A stretch of 64,000 bases of DNA from Hydrogenophilus sp. (GCA_026416515.1 JAOAEZ010000004.1:41227-105226); one strand, 5' to 3'; shown: positions 39,217 through 49,475, counted from the stretch's first letter. Notes: a model not told the origin generated them from the letters alone. Numbers and translations: made by a program.

Positions 39217-40187
39217 CCTCTTCTTTGCGAACCATCGTCCTCTTCGGAGGCAGCGGTTTTATCGGCAGTCACCTCGCCAACCGACTCGCCGCTGCCGGTT
39301 GGCGTATCGTTGTGGTTACTCGGCGTGCGGTCACGGCTCGTCACCTCCTTATTCTTCCCACCCTCGAAATCGTTGAATCTCCCCTCCCTGACCCGGAGCG
39401 GCTTGCCGCCATCGTCGCCGGTGCGGACGCTGTCGTTAACCTCATCGGCATTCTTCACTCTCGCCCTGGAACCCCGTTCGGCCCCGATTTTGCGCGTGCC
39501 CATGTAGAATGGCCGCAGCGGATTGCCACGGCCTGTTGTACGATGGCGGTCCCCCGCCTCATTCACATCAGTGCCAACGGTGCCTCCCCCTCTGCATCCT
39601 CCGAATACCTGCGCAGTAAAGCCGCCGGCGAAGCCGCGATTCGCACCCACTGCGCTGTCGACCACACCTGTCCCACCCACTGGACCATTCTCCGCCCCAG
39701 TGTCGTCTTTGGGCCGGGCGACTCCTTTTTCACCCTCTTTGCCCGTCTCGCTGCGCTCCTTCCCCTAATCCCCCTTGGCAAAGCCAATGCCCAACTCCAG
39801 CCTATCTACGTCGGCGACCTCTGCACCGTTATCGAACAGCTCCTCTCCAACCCGCTCACTCACGGTCAAACCTACGCCCTCGGCGGGCCGCGCACATACA
39901 CCCTCAAGGAACTCGTCGCCTACGCCGCCCGCATCTCTGGCCATCCGCGGCCGATTCTCTCCCTTCCCGACCCCCTTGCTCGCTGGCAAGCCTGGCTCCT
40001 CTCGCTTCTTCCCACTCCTCCCCTCACCCCTGACAACCTCCGCACTCTGGAACACCCCAACACCATCTCCGGACCTCCGCTTCCCTTTGGCCTCACCCCC
40101 ACCCCCCTCGAAGCGGTCGTTCCGCTCTACCTCGGCAACACCGCGCATCGTTGCCGTTACGCTCGTTGGCGGCGTTACCCCACCTAG
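39213..40187 (+). CDS. Complex I NDUFA9-like NAD(P)-binding epimerase family protein
   Basis: GGSGFIG, VVNLIGIL, SEYLRSKAAGE, RPSVVFG, QPIYVGD; between slt and cca. Confidence 0.9.
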   Translation: MTSSLRTIVLFGGSGFIGSHLANRLAAAGWRIVVVTRRAVTARHLLILPTLEIVESPLPDPERLAAIVAGADAVVNLIGILHSRPGTPFGPDFARAHVEWPQRIATACCTMAVPRLIHISANGASPSASSEYLRSKAAGEAAIRTHCAVDHTCPTHWTILRPSVVFGPGDSFFTLFARLAALLPLIPLGKANAQLQPIYVGDLCTVIEQLLSNPLTHGQTYALGGPRTYTLKELVAYAARISGHPRPILSLPDPLARWQAWLLSLLPTPPLTPDNLRTLEHPNTISGPPLPFGLTPTPLEAVVPLYLGNTAHRCRYARWRRYPT

Positions 40188-40201
40188 CCGACCCTCTCCT
40201 C

Positions 40202-41521
40202 ATGGATGCTCCTCCCGACGCGGCTCCCTCCTTTTTTGTTCATCGTCTTCGTCTCACCCCTGACCCGCTCACCGCCGACCTTAACTGCTACATCGTCGGC
40301 GGTGCGGTCCGCGATGCCCTCCTTGGCCTTGAGGTTCATGACCGCGACTGGGTAGTGGTCGGCGCCACCCCCGAACAGCTCCTCGCCCGCGGTTTTCGCA
40401 CCGTCGGCAAAGACTTTCCTGTCTTCCTTCACCCTCTCACCCAAGAAGAATATGCCCTCGCCCGCACCGAACGCAAAGTCGGTCCCGGCTATAAAGGATT
40501 TATCCCGCACGCTCACCCATCGGTCACCCTCGAAGAAGACCTCTCGCGGCGTGACCTGACCATCAATGCGATCGCCGTCGCCCGCGACGGCACTCTGATC
40601 GACCCATTTGGCGGCCTTCTCGACCTTCGTCGGAAACGGCTTCGCCACATTACCTCTGCCTTTTGCGAAGACCCCCTCCGGGTCTTACGGGTTGCCCGTT
40701 TTGCCGCCCGTTTCCCCGACTTCACCCTAGACCCCACCACCCACCACCTGATGCAAACCATCGCCCGCAGCGGCGAACTTACCCACCTCGCCGCGGAGCG
40801 AGTCTGGCAAGAACTCGCGCGCGGCCTGATGGAAAAAGCCCCTGCGCGCATGATTCAACTCCTTGCTGCCACCGACGCTCTCGCGGTGATCCTTCCCGAA
40901 GTAGCCGCCCTGATCGGCGTCCCTCAACCCCCTCGCCATCACCCCGAAGGCGACGTCTACACCCACACCCTTCACGCCCTCACCCTCGCCGCCGAGCGAG
41001 ACCACCCTCTCTCGGTTCGCTGGGCCGCTCTCCTTCACGACCTCGGCAAAGGCACCACCCCTGCAGCCATTCTCCCTCACCATTACGGCCATGAAGAACG
41101 CGGTGCACGCCTCGCCGACCTCCTCAGTCGCCGCCTCAAGGCCCCCGCTGACTGTCGAGAACTCGCCAAGCTCGTCGCCCGGGAGCACACCCTCATCCAC
41201 CAAGGGATGCGGTTACGGCCGGCCACCCGTCTCAAACTCCTTGAACGGACCGACGCCCTCCGTCGTCCCGACCGTTTCTACCAGCTCCTCGACGCCTGCG
41301 AATGCGACGCCCTTGCTCGTCCCCCCCTTCGTCCCGACTATCAACCCATTCGCCACCGTTGGCAGCAAACGCTCGCTGCCATCCGCGCGGTTCCCGCCGC
41401 CCCTATCGCCCGAGCGCTCGCTGCCACGCCGGAACGCATTCCGCAAGCCCTCCGTCTCGCCCGTCTCGACGCGATCGCCCATCTTGACGCCTTGTCGCCC
41501 TCGTCGCCGCCCCCTCGCTAA
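40202..41521 (+). CDS. cca: Multifunctional CCA-adding/repair enzyme
   Basis: VGGAVRD.LLG...DRDWVV, EEYALARTERK, RRDLTINA, EDPLRVLR, HD motif LLHDLGK. Confidence 0.96.
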   Translation: MDAPPDAAPSFFVHRLRLTPDPLTADLNCYIVGGAVRDALLGLEVHDRDWVVVGATPEQLLARGFRTVGKDFPVFLHPLTQEEYALARTERKVGPGYKGFIPHAHPSVTLEEDLSRRDLTINAIAVARDGTLIDPFGGLLDLRRKRLRHITSAFCEDPLRVLRVARFAARFPDFTLDPTTHHLMQTIARSGELTHLAAERVWQELARGLMEKAPARMIQLLAATDALAVILPEVAALIGVPQPPRHHPEGDVYTHTLHALTLAAERDHPLSVRWAALLHDLGKGTTPAAILPHHYGHEERGARLADLLSRRLKAPADCRELAKLVAREHTLIHQGMRLRPATRLKLLERTDALRRPDRFYQLLDACECDALARPPLRPDYQPIRHRWQQTLAAIRAVPAAPIARALAATPERIPQALRLARLDAIAHLDALSPSSPPPR

Positions 41522-41525
41522 AACC

Positions 41526-42317
41526 ATGGCCTCCCTCGAACTCCTTCACGAACCCCCCACCGTCTCTCCGCGTCCTCTTCCCCCCCTTCTCTTTCTCCAC
41601 GGAGCCTTCGGCTCTGCTCGCTGCTGGCACCACTGGCTCCGTTACTTTGCCCAACGCGGCTATGACGCCTGGGCCCTCTCGCTTCCCGGTCACGGTGGCA
41701 CCTCTGCCCGCAAACCCCTTGACCTCCTCTCGCTCGACGACTATCTCGCCCATCTTCTCTCCATCCTTCCCCGCCTCCCTGCTCCTCCCATCCTCCTCGG
41801 CCACTCGATGGGAGGCTTCCTGGTGCAACGGGCCATCGCCCGCACCCCATTTCCCGCTGCGATCCTCCTCGCCTCCGTCCCCCCGACGGGCCTTGCTTTC
41901 TCTCTCTGGCAACTCTTTCTCAACCACATTCAAGCCCTCTGGGCCATTCAACGCTACCAAATCCGCGGCGCGCTCGACCTTGACCCTCTCGCCCGGCTCC
42001 TTTTTCACCACCCTCCATCCCCCGACCTCCTCGCCCAAGCGATCGACTGTGCTCAACCCGAATCGACCCGTGCGCTCCTCGACCTCATCCTCACCCCTCT
42101 CTTCACCCCACCCCCTCCTCCGGCCTTTCCTGTTCTCGTCTTCGGAGCCGAACACGACCATCTCATCCCCTGGTCAGAGACCGAACGCACCGCTCGCCAC
42201 TACCGCGTCTCCCCGCGCAAGCTCCCTGACGCCGGCCACGCCTTTATGTTTGAACCTCACTGGCCGCGTCTCGCCGACACCATCCTCGAAGCGCTTCCCC
42301 CTGCTCCTTCGCGCTAG
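41526..42317 (+). CDS. Alpha/beta fold hydrolase
   Basis: LFLHG, SLPGHG, GHSMGG, EHD and GH catalytic-type motifs. Confidence 0.88.
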   Translation: MASLELLHEPPTVSPRPLPPLLFLHGAFGSARCWHHWLRYFAQRGYDAWALSLPGHGGTSARKPLDLLSLDDYLAHLLSILPRLPAPPILLGHSMGGFLVQRAIARTPFPAAILLASVPPTGLAFSLWQLFLNHIQALWAIQRYQIRGALDLDPLARLLFHHPPSPDLLAQAIDCAQPESTRALLDLILTPLFTPPPPPAFPVLVFGAEHDHLIPWSETERTARHYRVSPRKLPDAGHAFMFEPHWPRLADTILEALPPAPSR

Positions 42318-43450
42318 CATCGCTCTCCCACCACCACCATACACAGATCCCCCATCTCATGCGGAGCGATCAACCGATTCACGGCGCGCGCTGCCTGCAA
42401 ATAGGCCCTACTTCCCACCTCAGCCCGCTCGCGCAACCGCTCCAAAACCCCATGTTGCAACAAAAATTCCCCCTGCCGGCGCCACTCCACCACCCTCAAT
42501 CCCCCCGCCTCCATCGCCGTCACCACTCCTGTAAAATCGACAAACGCCGTCAAATCGACCAACCCTGGTCCCCACAATACCTCCTCCACCACCCGGTGGC
42601 GGCGGTACCCCAACAGCGTCCCCCGGCTGCGGAAGGGGGCGTAGAGCGCGGGGCGTGGGTAACCATAATCGGCCACCACCCAACACGACCCCGGGCGCAA
42701 CCGCTCAGCCACCCCGCGCACCCAAGCGCGTACCGCCGGCGACACCTCGGTCACATAGCGCTCTCCCTCGGTGCGGGGAAGAGCGATCTCGGCCACCGCA
42801 GCGGCAGCGGCGGCGGTCAAAGGCCGGTCCTCCCAATCGAACTGCGGTCCATCTCCGACTCCTCCATCCGGTCCCCTCACCACCACCCCCTGTTCCACTG
42901 TCTCTTCCCCCATCGTAGCCACCACATGCACCGGCAACGCGTCGAGCACCTCGTTGGTCACCACCGTCGCTGCGATCCCCTCTCCTGGCAGCTCCTCCCA
43001 CCACTCCAACATCACCCCCAACTCCCTTGCGAGCGGCTCTAATCGTGCTTGCTGTCTCGCCGCCAATCCTGCGGAAACCTCGACGATTGCATAGAGGCGA
43101 GGCAAGCACCCCAACTCTGCCCAACGGCGCAGCAGATCTGCTGCCAATGCCCCGCTCCCTGCCCCGAACTCCACCGCCGTTCTGGTTCTTGCCACGCACG
43201 CTGCCAATCGATCGGCCAATACCGCTCCAAAAAGCGGTGAAATCTCCGGTGCTGTCACGAAATCTCCCTCTACCCCAAACGGGCGGTCGTGAGTCGCGTA
43301 GTACCCCAACCCCGGCTCGTACAACGCCCACCCCATAAAATCGGCAAAGGGCACCCATCCCCCCGCCGCTGCGATGCGCGCTGCGATCCGCCGTCCCAAC
43401 TCAGCGCTCCGTTCGGCCTCTGCCGCCGTCACCTCCATCGGCTCTTTCAC
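42314..43450 (-). CDS. SAM-dependent methyltransferase, MidA/NDUFAF7 family
   Basis: FM..ALYEPGLGYY, GDFVTAPEISPLFG, EFGAGSG, NEVLDALP, DYG, DLTAFVDF. Confidence 0.92.
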   Translation of the reverse strand: MKEPMEVTAAEAERSAELGRRIAARIAAAGGWVPFADFMGWALYEPGLGYYATHDRPFGVEGDFVTAPEISPLFGAVLADRLAACVARTRTAVEFGAGSGALAADLLRRWAELGCLPRLYAIVEVSAGLAARQQARLEPLARELGVMLEWWEELPGEGIAATVVTNEVLDALPVHVVATMGEETVEQGVVVRGPDGGVGDGPQFDWEDRPLTAAAAAAVAEIALPRTEGERYVTEVSPAVRAWVRGVAERLRPGSCWVVADYGYPRPALYAPFRSRGTLLGYRRHRVVEEVLWGPGLVDLTAFVDFTGVVTAMEAGGLRVVEWRRQGEFLLQHGVLERLRERAEVGSRAYLQAARAVNRLIAPHEMGDLCMVVVGERC

Positions 43451-43592
43451 CTTTACCTCTCCCCGTCATCGAATCCTCTTCAGCTGCTCCGTCCTCTTCC
43501 AACCCCTTTACCGCCCATTCTCCCTCCTCCCAAAGACTCTGGTACTATAACCATATTGCTCTTCTATCGCTGCGCCTCACCTCTTCGCCCCC

Positions 43593-46500
43593 ATGAGCTC
43601 ACCCCCCTCCTCCCTCGTCATCCTGGCCGGTTCTGCCGGAGCCCTGGAACCGATCCGGACCATCCTCGCCGCTGCTCCCCGCACTGGGGTCACTGCCTGG
43701 GTAATTGTTCAGCACACCGCCCCCAACCGTGCCTCTCTCTTACCCACCCTCCTCAACGCCATTACCCCCCTCACCGTCCGTCTCCTGGAAAAAAACGATC
43801 ATCTTCTCCCCGACCACTGCGCCGTCATTCCCCCTGGCCACGACCTCATCCTCCTCCCCGAAGGGCGCACCACCCTTCACTCCACTCTCGCTCTTCCGGG
43901 GCCGCACCCCTCCATCGACGCCCTTCTTCTCTCAGCGGCCACCCACTACGGTTCGAAAACGATCGCCTGTATCCTCTCCGGAACGGGCAGCGACGGTGTT
44001 CTCGGCGCGCTGGCCTTGCGCAACGCCGGTGGAATCATCTGGGTACAAGACCCTCTCTCAGCCGCCTTCCCCGAACTGCCGAATGCTCTCTTCAATTCAG
44101 GGGCCTATGACCTCTCCCTCTCTCCATCCCTCATCGCCGAACGACTCCCTGCGCTCCTCGATCGTCTCAATCGCCCCCCTCCCCCGTCTCCGGCCCCCTC
44201 CTCTGCCGAAGGCTCCTTGGCCGTTCCCTCTCTCCCCGACGCTCCCTCTGCCACCGGCGACGACCCTCCCCTCACCCCGGAAGAACAAGAAGCCCTGACC
44301 CGCATTCTCGACCGCCTTGCCCCTCTTGTCAAAACCGACCTCTCTCAATATCAACTGACCACTATCCTTCGCCAATGCGAGCGGGGAATGGATCAAGCGG
44401 GGCTTTCCTCTCTTGCCGCCTATGCTGACCACCTCGCGCGCAACCCCCCAGAAGCGGAAGCGCTCGCTCGCTCGCTCCTCATCGGCGTCACCCGTTTCTG
44501 GCGCGACCCCTCCGCCTTTCTCGCCCTTCGAAGTATCTGGCGGCAATTCCTCCTCGAACTTCCCCCGCAAGCTCCTCTTCGCCTTTGGGTCTGTGGCTGC
44601 GCCACTGGAGAAGAAGTCTATACCCTCGCCATGCTCACCCACGACCTCCTCACCGAACTCGAGCAAAACCGCCCCATGACGATCCTCGGCACGGACGTCA
44701 ACGCCGCTGCGCTTGCCGAAGCCCGTCTCGCCCGTTTTCGGGATGAGCAGTTAGGCGACCTCCCTCCCTCCTGGTTGGAACGTTACTTTTACCGGGAGGG
44801 GCCGCTCTGGCGAGTCCATCAAGCGATCCGCAGCCAATGCGTCTTCAGCATACACGACGCTCTCACCGACCTTCCCTTTCTTCACCTACACCTCATCAGT
44901 TGCCGCAACCTTCTCATCTACCTCAAACCGGCCGCGCGCGAACGGCTCATTCGCTCCTTTCACTACGCTCTCGTTCCCCACGGCATCCTCTTTCTCGGCC
45001 ACTCTGAAACCCTCCCTGCCGCCATCGCCCCCCACTTTCGGACGATCGACGCCAACGAACGCATCTATCAACGCGACACGCTTCCCACCCCTCGCGCCTG
45101 GATCGCCTCCACCCTCCCCCCACACCGTCTTCTCTCCACCGCCTCTCTCCTTCCGCACCTGCGGCGGGAAGAGGAGCTCGAAAGCCGAATTCGCGACCGT
45201 TTCCTCTTTCGGCTTGTAACCCGTTATGCCCCGGCGGCGATCCTGACCGACACTCGGGCGCGCCCGCTGCACCTCATCAACGACGCTGCTCGCCACCTCG
45301 TCTGGCCCCAAGGGCGCGCCGACTTTACCCTCCCAGCCCTACTTCCCCCCTCCTGGAAAAGCCACCTCAAGCTCGCCCTTCGCCACCTCATCGCTCATCC
45401 CCCCGAAACCTCCCTCATCCTTCCCCTTACCGGCGGCGGCGACGGCGATCGCACCGCTCCCGCCTTTCGCCTCTACGCCGAACGTTTTGACCTAGAGGAC
45501 GTTCCCTACTTTCTCTTCGCCTTTGAACCCCTTCCCTCCCCCTCCTCCCCCGCTGATGCTCCCTCTTCCTCCCCCGACTCCCTCACCGCTCTCCACCAAG
45601 AGCTCGACCAACTTCACCTCGAACAGGCGCAGCGTGAAGCCCTCATCGACTCGCTCGAACACGCCCAAACCGAGCTCCAAACCCTCTACGACCAACTGCA
45701 AACTACCAGCGAAGCGCTGCAAGCTGCCAATGAAGAGCTTGAAGCCAGCAATGAAGAGCTACACGCCAGCAACGAAGAGCTTCGCATCCTCAACGCCGAA
45801 CTTGACCGCGCGCTTGCTGAGCAACACGCCCTTACTGCTCTTCTCGAAGCCATCTTCAACGCCCTCACCAGTCCCCTCCTCGTCCTCGACGGGCGCCATC
45901 ATCTCCTACGCTACAACCGCGCTGCTGCTGAACTCTTTCACCTCGACAGCCACCAGCTTGGCCGCCCCTTCTCTTTTGCTCCCCCCTTTCCCTGGCCAAA
46001 CGCTGACCAACGTCAATCCCTTCTTGCCTGCGCGCAAAACGCCCCCGTCACCGTTGAACTCACCGACAACGATCGCACCTGGCTCCTCACCGTCGTCCTC
46101 TGGTTTCTCCCCGATGGGGAGACCGGCTCCCTCTGGTCGCTTACCGAAACCACCACTCTCACGCAACTTCAGCGCGACCGTCTCCAACTCGAAACCCGTC
46201 TCTCCACCCTCACCGCCGCCCTTCAAGAGGCCGTTTACCTGGCCCCTGCTGCGCTCGACACCTTCCTCCACGCCTCGCCGCGGCTTGCCGAATGGCTCGG
46301 CCTCACCCCCGAAACCCTCACCTGGGCTCACTTTCTCGCCGCCATCTCCCCCGAAGACTTCCCGGCCGTCTACCGCTGCTGGCAGCAACAAGCGCCGCGC
46401 TGGCACCAACGCTACCGTCTCCGCCACCCCCAAGGAGGGTGGCGGCACATCGAAGAGCGTGGCGTCTTCATCCCCGCGCTCGCTGGCGCCCCGCCGCAAA

Positions 46501-48233
46501 TTGCTGCCACTCTCCTCGACGTTACTGAAGTCGAACGCCTTGCCGCGCGCGAAGCCACCACACGAGCTCAACTTCAAGCCCTTTGGCGTGCCCCCACCGT
46601 TGGGATCGCCTTTCTCAACCCTGACGGAGCCGTGCTTGCTGCCAACGACACCCTTGCCTCCTTTCTCGCCCACACTCCCGCCTCGCTTCTCGGAAAATCG
46701 CTCACCGCCTTCACGCACCCCGAAAGCCGGATGGTCGAAAGCGAGCAACGAGCGACCCTCACCGCGGGTGACGGTGCGGCGCCTATTGAAAAGCGTGTTC
46801 TCGCTGCGGACGGCACAGTGCACTGGATCATGCAGCACCTCTCGCGGGAAGTTCACCCCCCGCCCGTTGGTGAATTCCTCGTCGCCATCTGGCAAAATAT
46901 CGACGAACTGAAAGCCCACGAACAGCAGATCTATCGTCAAGCCAACTATGACCTCCTCACAGGGTTACCCAACCGTTCTCTCCTGCGCGACCGTCTCCAC
47001 CTTGCCCTTCACCGGGCCCAGCGCACGGCGCAGCAGGTCTATCTCCTTTTCCTCGATCTCGACGGATTCAAAGAGGTAAACGACCTCTTCGGGCATGCTG
47101 TCGGTGATGCCCTCCTCAAAGGCGTTGCCGAACGCCTCACCGCTGTCGTGCGTCCCACCGACACGGTTGCCCGCCTCGGCGGCGATGAGTTTGTCATCCT
47201 GATCGACGGTGCCGAATCGGTCGCTGTCGCCGAGCGGATCGGTCATGCGGCGCTGGAAGCGCTCCGTACCCCTTTCTCCCTAAGCGAGCGCAGCGTTCAT
47301 CTCAGCGTCAGCATAGGGGTAGCCGCTTTTCCCCTCGACGCCACTGCTCCTGAGGAGCTCCTGCGTCTTGCCGACACTGCCATGTATGCGGCCAAGCAAA
47401 GCGGCAAAAATCGCTTGCGCTTTTTCTCCCCGCAGATGGACGATGTTGCCCAACGGAAAGCCGACCTTAAGCAGCGTCTTGACCGTGCTCTGCTCGAAGG
47501 CCAATTCACCCTTCACTGTCAACCCGTCATCACCTTACCCGATCAACGTCCGGTCGGTGCCGAAGCGCTTCTGCGCTGGCACGACCCTGAGCGCGGCTGG
47601 ATCTCTCCGGCGCAATTTATCCCCCTTGCCGAAGAGAGCGGTCAAATTCGCCCCATCGGCCTCTGGGTGCTTCGCGAAGCCGCCCGGCTCGCGCAACAAC
47701 TCGCCCACCGTTACCCTGGGCTGCGCCTTGCTGTAAACCTCTCTCCTGCCCAATTTGGTGGCGACGAACTCCCCCGTTGGCTAGAAGACTCCGCAGCGGC
47801 CCTCCCGCACCTTATCGTTGAAGTCACTGAAAACGTGATGACCAACTCCATTCCCAATGCCATCGCCTTTCTCGAACGGCTGCGGCGGGGGGGAGCCCTG
47901 ATTGCCATCGACGACTTCGGCACGGGCTACTCCAACCTCAGCGCTCTCCAACACCTCCCTATCGACTACCTCAAAATCGACAAAAGCCTTACCGACCGTG
48001 TCGGCTCTGGGGGAGCTGCCGACCGCATCGTCACCGCTATCTTCCAAATCGCCTCTGCCATCGGTGCGCGGGTCATCGTCGAAGGGGTCGAAACTTCCTC
48101 CCAGCTCGCCTTCTTTCGCCCCTTTGCGCCGGTCGAAATCCAAGGGTATTATTTCGCTCGGCCGATGCCCTGGGACGACCTTCTTCGCTATCTCGACCGT
48201 TTCTATCCTCTCTCCTCTGGGAGCGCTCCATGA
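43593..48233 (+). CDS. CheB-CheR-coiled coil-PAS-GGDEF-EAL fusion protein (1546 aa)
   Basis: CheB GSAG/QH/SGTGSDG; CheR GCATGEEVY, GTDVN, ISCRNLLIY, FLGHSE; NEEL heptads; YDLLTGLPNR, RPTD..ARLGGDEF; EAL, IDDFGTGYS, KIDKS, VEGVE, QGYY. Confidence 0.93.
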   Translation: MSSPPSSLVILAGSAGALEPIRTILAAAPRTGVTAWVIVQHTAPNRASLLPTLLNAITPLTVRLLEKNDHLLPDHCAVIPPGHDLILLPEGRTTLHSTLALPGPHPSIDALLLSAATHYGSKTIACILSGTGSDGVLGALALRNAGGIIWVQDPLSAAFPELPNALFNSGAYDLSLSPSLIAERLPALLDRLNRPPPPSPAPSSAEGSLAVPSLPDAPSATGDDPPLTPEEQEALTRILDRLAPLVKTDLSQYQLTTILRQCERGMDQAGLSSLAAYADHLARNPPEAEALARSLLIGVTRFWRDPSAFLALRSIWRQFLLELPPQAPLRLWVCGCATGEEVYTLAMLTHDLLTELEQNRPMTILGTDVNAAALAEARLARFRDEQLGDLPPSWLERYFYREGPLWRVHQAIRSQCVFSIHDALTDLPFLHLHLISCRNLLIYLKPAARERLIRSFHYALVPHGILFLGHSETLPAAIAPHFRTIDANERIYQRDTLPTPRAWIASTLPPHRLLSTASLLPHLRREEELESRIRDRFLFRLVTRYAPAAILTDTRARPLHLINDAARHLVWPQGRADFTLPALLPPSWKSHLKLALRHLIAHPPETSLILPLTGGGDGDRTAPAFRLYAERFDLEDVPYFLFAFEPLPSPSSPADAPSSSPDSLTALHQELDQLHLEQAQREALIDSLEHAQTELQTLYDQLQTTSEALQAANEELEASNEELHASNEELRILNAELDRALAEQHALTALLEAIFNALTSPLLVLDGRHHLLRYNRAAAELFHLDSHQLGRPFSFAPPFPWPNADQRQSLLACAQNAPVTVELTDNDRTWLLTVVLWFLPDGETGSLWSLTETTTLTQLQRDRLQLETRLSTLTAALQEAVYLAPAALDTFLHASPRLAEWLGLTPETLTWAHFLAAISPEDFPAVYRCWQQQAPRWHQRYRLRHPQGGWRHIEERGVFIPALAGAPPQIAATLLDVTEVERLAAREATTRAQLQALWRAPTVGIAFLNPDGAVLAANDTLASFLAHTPASLLGKSLTAFTHPESRMVESEQRATLTAGDGAAPIEKRVLAADGTVHWIMQHLSREVHPPPVGEFLVAIWQNIDELKAHEQQIYRQANYDLLTGLPNRSLLRDRLHLALHRAQRTAQQVYLLFLDLDGFKEVNDLFGHAVGDALLKGVAERLTAVVRPTDTVARLGGDEFVILIDGAESVAVAERIGHAALEALRTPFSLSERSVHLSVSIGVAAFPLDATAPEELLRLADTAMYAAKQSGKNRLRFFSPQMDDVAQRKADLKQRLDRALLEGQFTLHCQPVITLPDQRPVGAEALLRWHDPERGWISPAQFIPLAEESGQIRPIGLWVLREAARLAQQLAHRYPGLRLAVNLSPAQFGGDELPRWLEDSAAALPHLIVEVTENVMTNSIPNAIAFLERLRRGGALIAIDDFGTGYSNLSALQHLPIDYLKIDKSLTDRVGSGGAADRIVTAIFQIASAIGARVIVEGVETSSQLAFFRPFAPVEIQGYYFARPMPWDDLLRYLDRFYPLSSGSAP

Positions 48234-48547
48234 GTTACTATCTTCGCCACGTCTTTTTCTGCTGCAACCAGCGTCCTGACGGCGAAACCTGTTGTGCCCA
48301 GCGCGGGGCCGAAGCAGCGATGCTCCGAGCTCGCGATCAACTCGCTTCCCTTGCCCCCGAACTTATCGGCAAGATTCGCATCAACCGCGCTGGCTGTCTC
48401 GGGCGTTGCGACCGAGGGCCGCTCCTTGTCGTCTATCCTGACGCCATCTGGTACTCCTATCTAGACCACGCCGACATCGATGAAATCGTCCGCGAACACC
48501 TCATCGGCGGGCGGGTGGTCGAGCGGTTGCGTTTTGCCGACACCTGA
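48230..48547 (+). CDS. Thioredoxin-like [2Fe-2S] ferredoxin
   Basis: HVFFCCNQR...CC...RINRAGCLGRC..GP..VVYPDAIWY...EHL.GG..VERL. Confidence 0.93.
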   Translation: MSYYLRHVFFCCNQRPDGETCCAQRGAEAAMLRARDQLASLAPELIGKIRINRAGCLGRCDRGPLLVVYPDAIWYSYLDHADIDEIVREHLIGGRVVERLRFADT

Positions 48548-49475
48548 CGCCTCTGTTCTTGCCCATCTCCGCGGCGTGGTCAAACGCTACGGTGCGTTTC
48601 CCGTTCTCGCTGGCCTTGACCTTACCGTTCGCGCGGGCGAACTCGTCGCCCTTCTCGGCCCTAACGGAGCGGGGAAAACCACTGCCATTCGCGTTCTTCT
48701 CGGTCTCTCCGCCTACCAACAGGGAGAGGTCTTCCTTCTCGGTCACTCCATCCCCGCCGACGCGCTGCGTGCCCGCCAACGCGTTGGTGTGGTCCCCCAA
48801 TTCGACAACCTCGACCCTGACTTCACCGTCCGCGAAAACCTCCTCACCTACGCCCGTTACTATGCCGTCCCCCCGGCGACGGCCCGTCAGCGCGCTGACG
48901 AGCTTCTCACTGCGGTCGGACTCAGCGCCAAAGCCGACACCCCCATTGCCGAACTCTCCGGTGGCATGAAACGGCGGCTTACGCTGGCGCGTGCCCTTAT
49001 AGCCGACCCAAAACTCCTCATTCTCGACGAACCCACCACCGGCCTCGACCCCCATGCTCGTCATCTCATCTGGGAGCGGCTCTTAGCCCTCAAAAAGCGC
49101 GGCATTGCGATCCTCCTCACCACCCACTACCTCGACGAAGCTGAGCGGCTCGCCGACCGCATCGTCTTTCTCGACCGCGGTCGCATTCGACTCGAAGGTG
49201 CCCCCGCCCTTCTCCTTCAACGCCATCTGGAATCGCACGTCATCGAACTGCGCGGTCTTACCGACCCCTCTCTCCTCTCTCAACGGCTCGCCTCTCTTCC
49301 CCCCGCCCTTTACCGGCACGACTGCCATGGAGAGACCCACTACCTCTTCACAACCAACCCTTCTCCTCTTCTCCCGCTGCTTGAATCCCTCCCCCTTGCG
49401 GCTCTCATCGTCCGCCGCCCCACCCTAGAAGACCTCTATCTCACCCTCACGGGACGGGAAGGCCACGAACCATGA
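48534..49475 (+). CDS. NodI-like ABC exporter ATP-binding protein
   Basis: GPNGAGKTT, GVVPQFDNLDPDFTVRENL, LSGGMKRRL, LDEPTTGLDP.ARHLIWERL; TTG start at 48534 inferred. Confidence 0.9.
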   Translation: MPTPDASVLAHLRGVVKRYGAFPVLAGLDLTVRAGELVALLGPNGAGKTTAIRVLLGLSAYQQGEVFLLGHSIPADALRARQRVGVVPQFDNLDPDFTVRENLLTYARYYAVPPATARQRADELLTAVGLSAKADTPIAELSGGMKRRLTLARALIADPKLLILDEPTTGLDPHARHLIWERLLALKKRGIAILLTTHYLDEAERLADRIVFLDRGRIRLEGAPALLLQRHLESHVIELRGLTDPSLLSQRLASLPPALYRHDCHGETHYLFTTNPSPLLPLLESLPLAALIVRRPTLEDLYLTLTGREGHEP

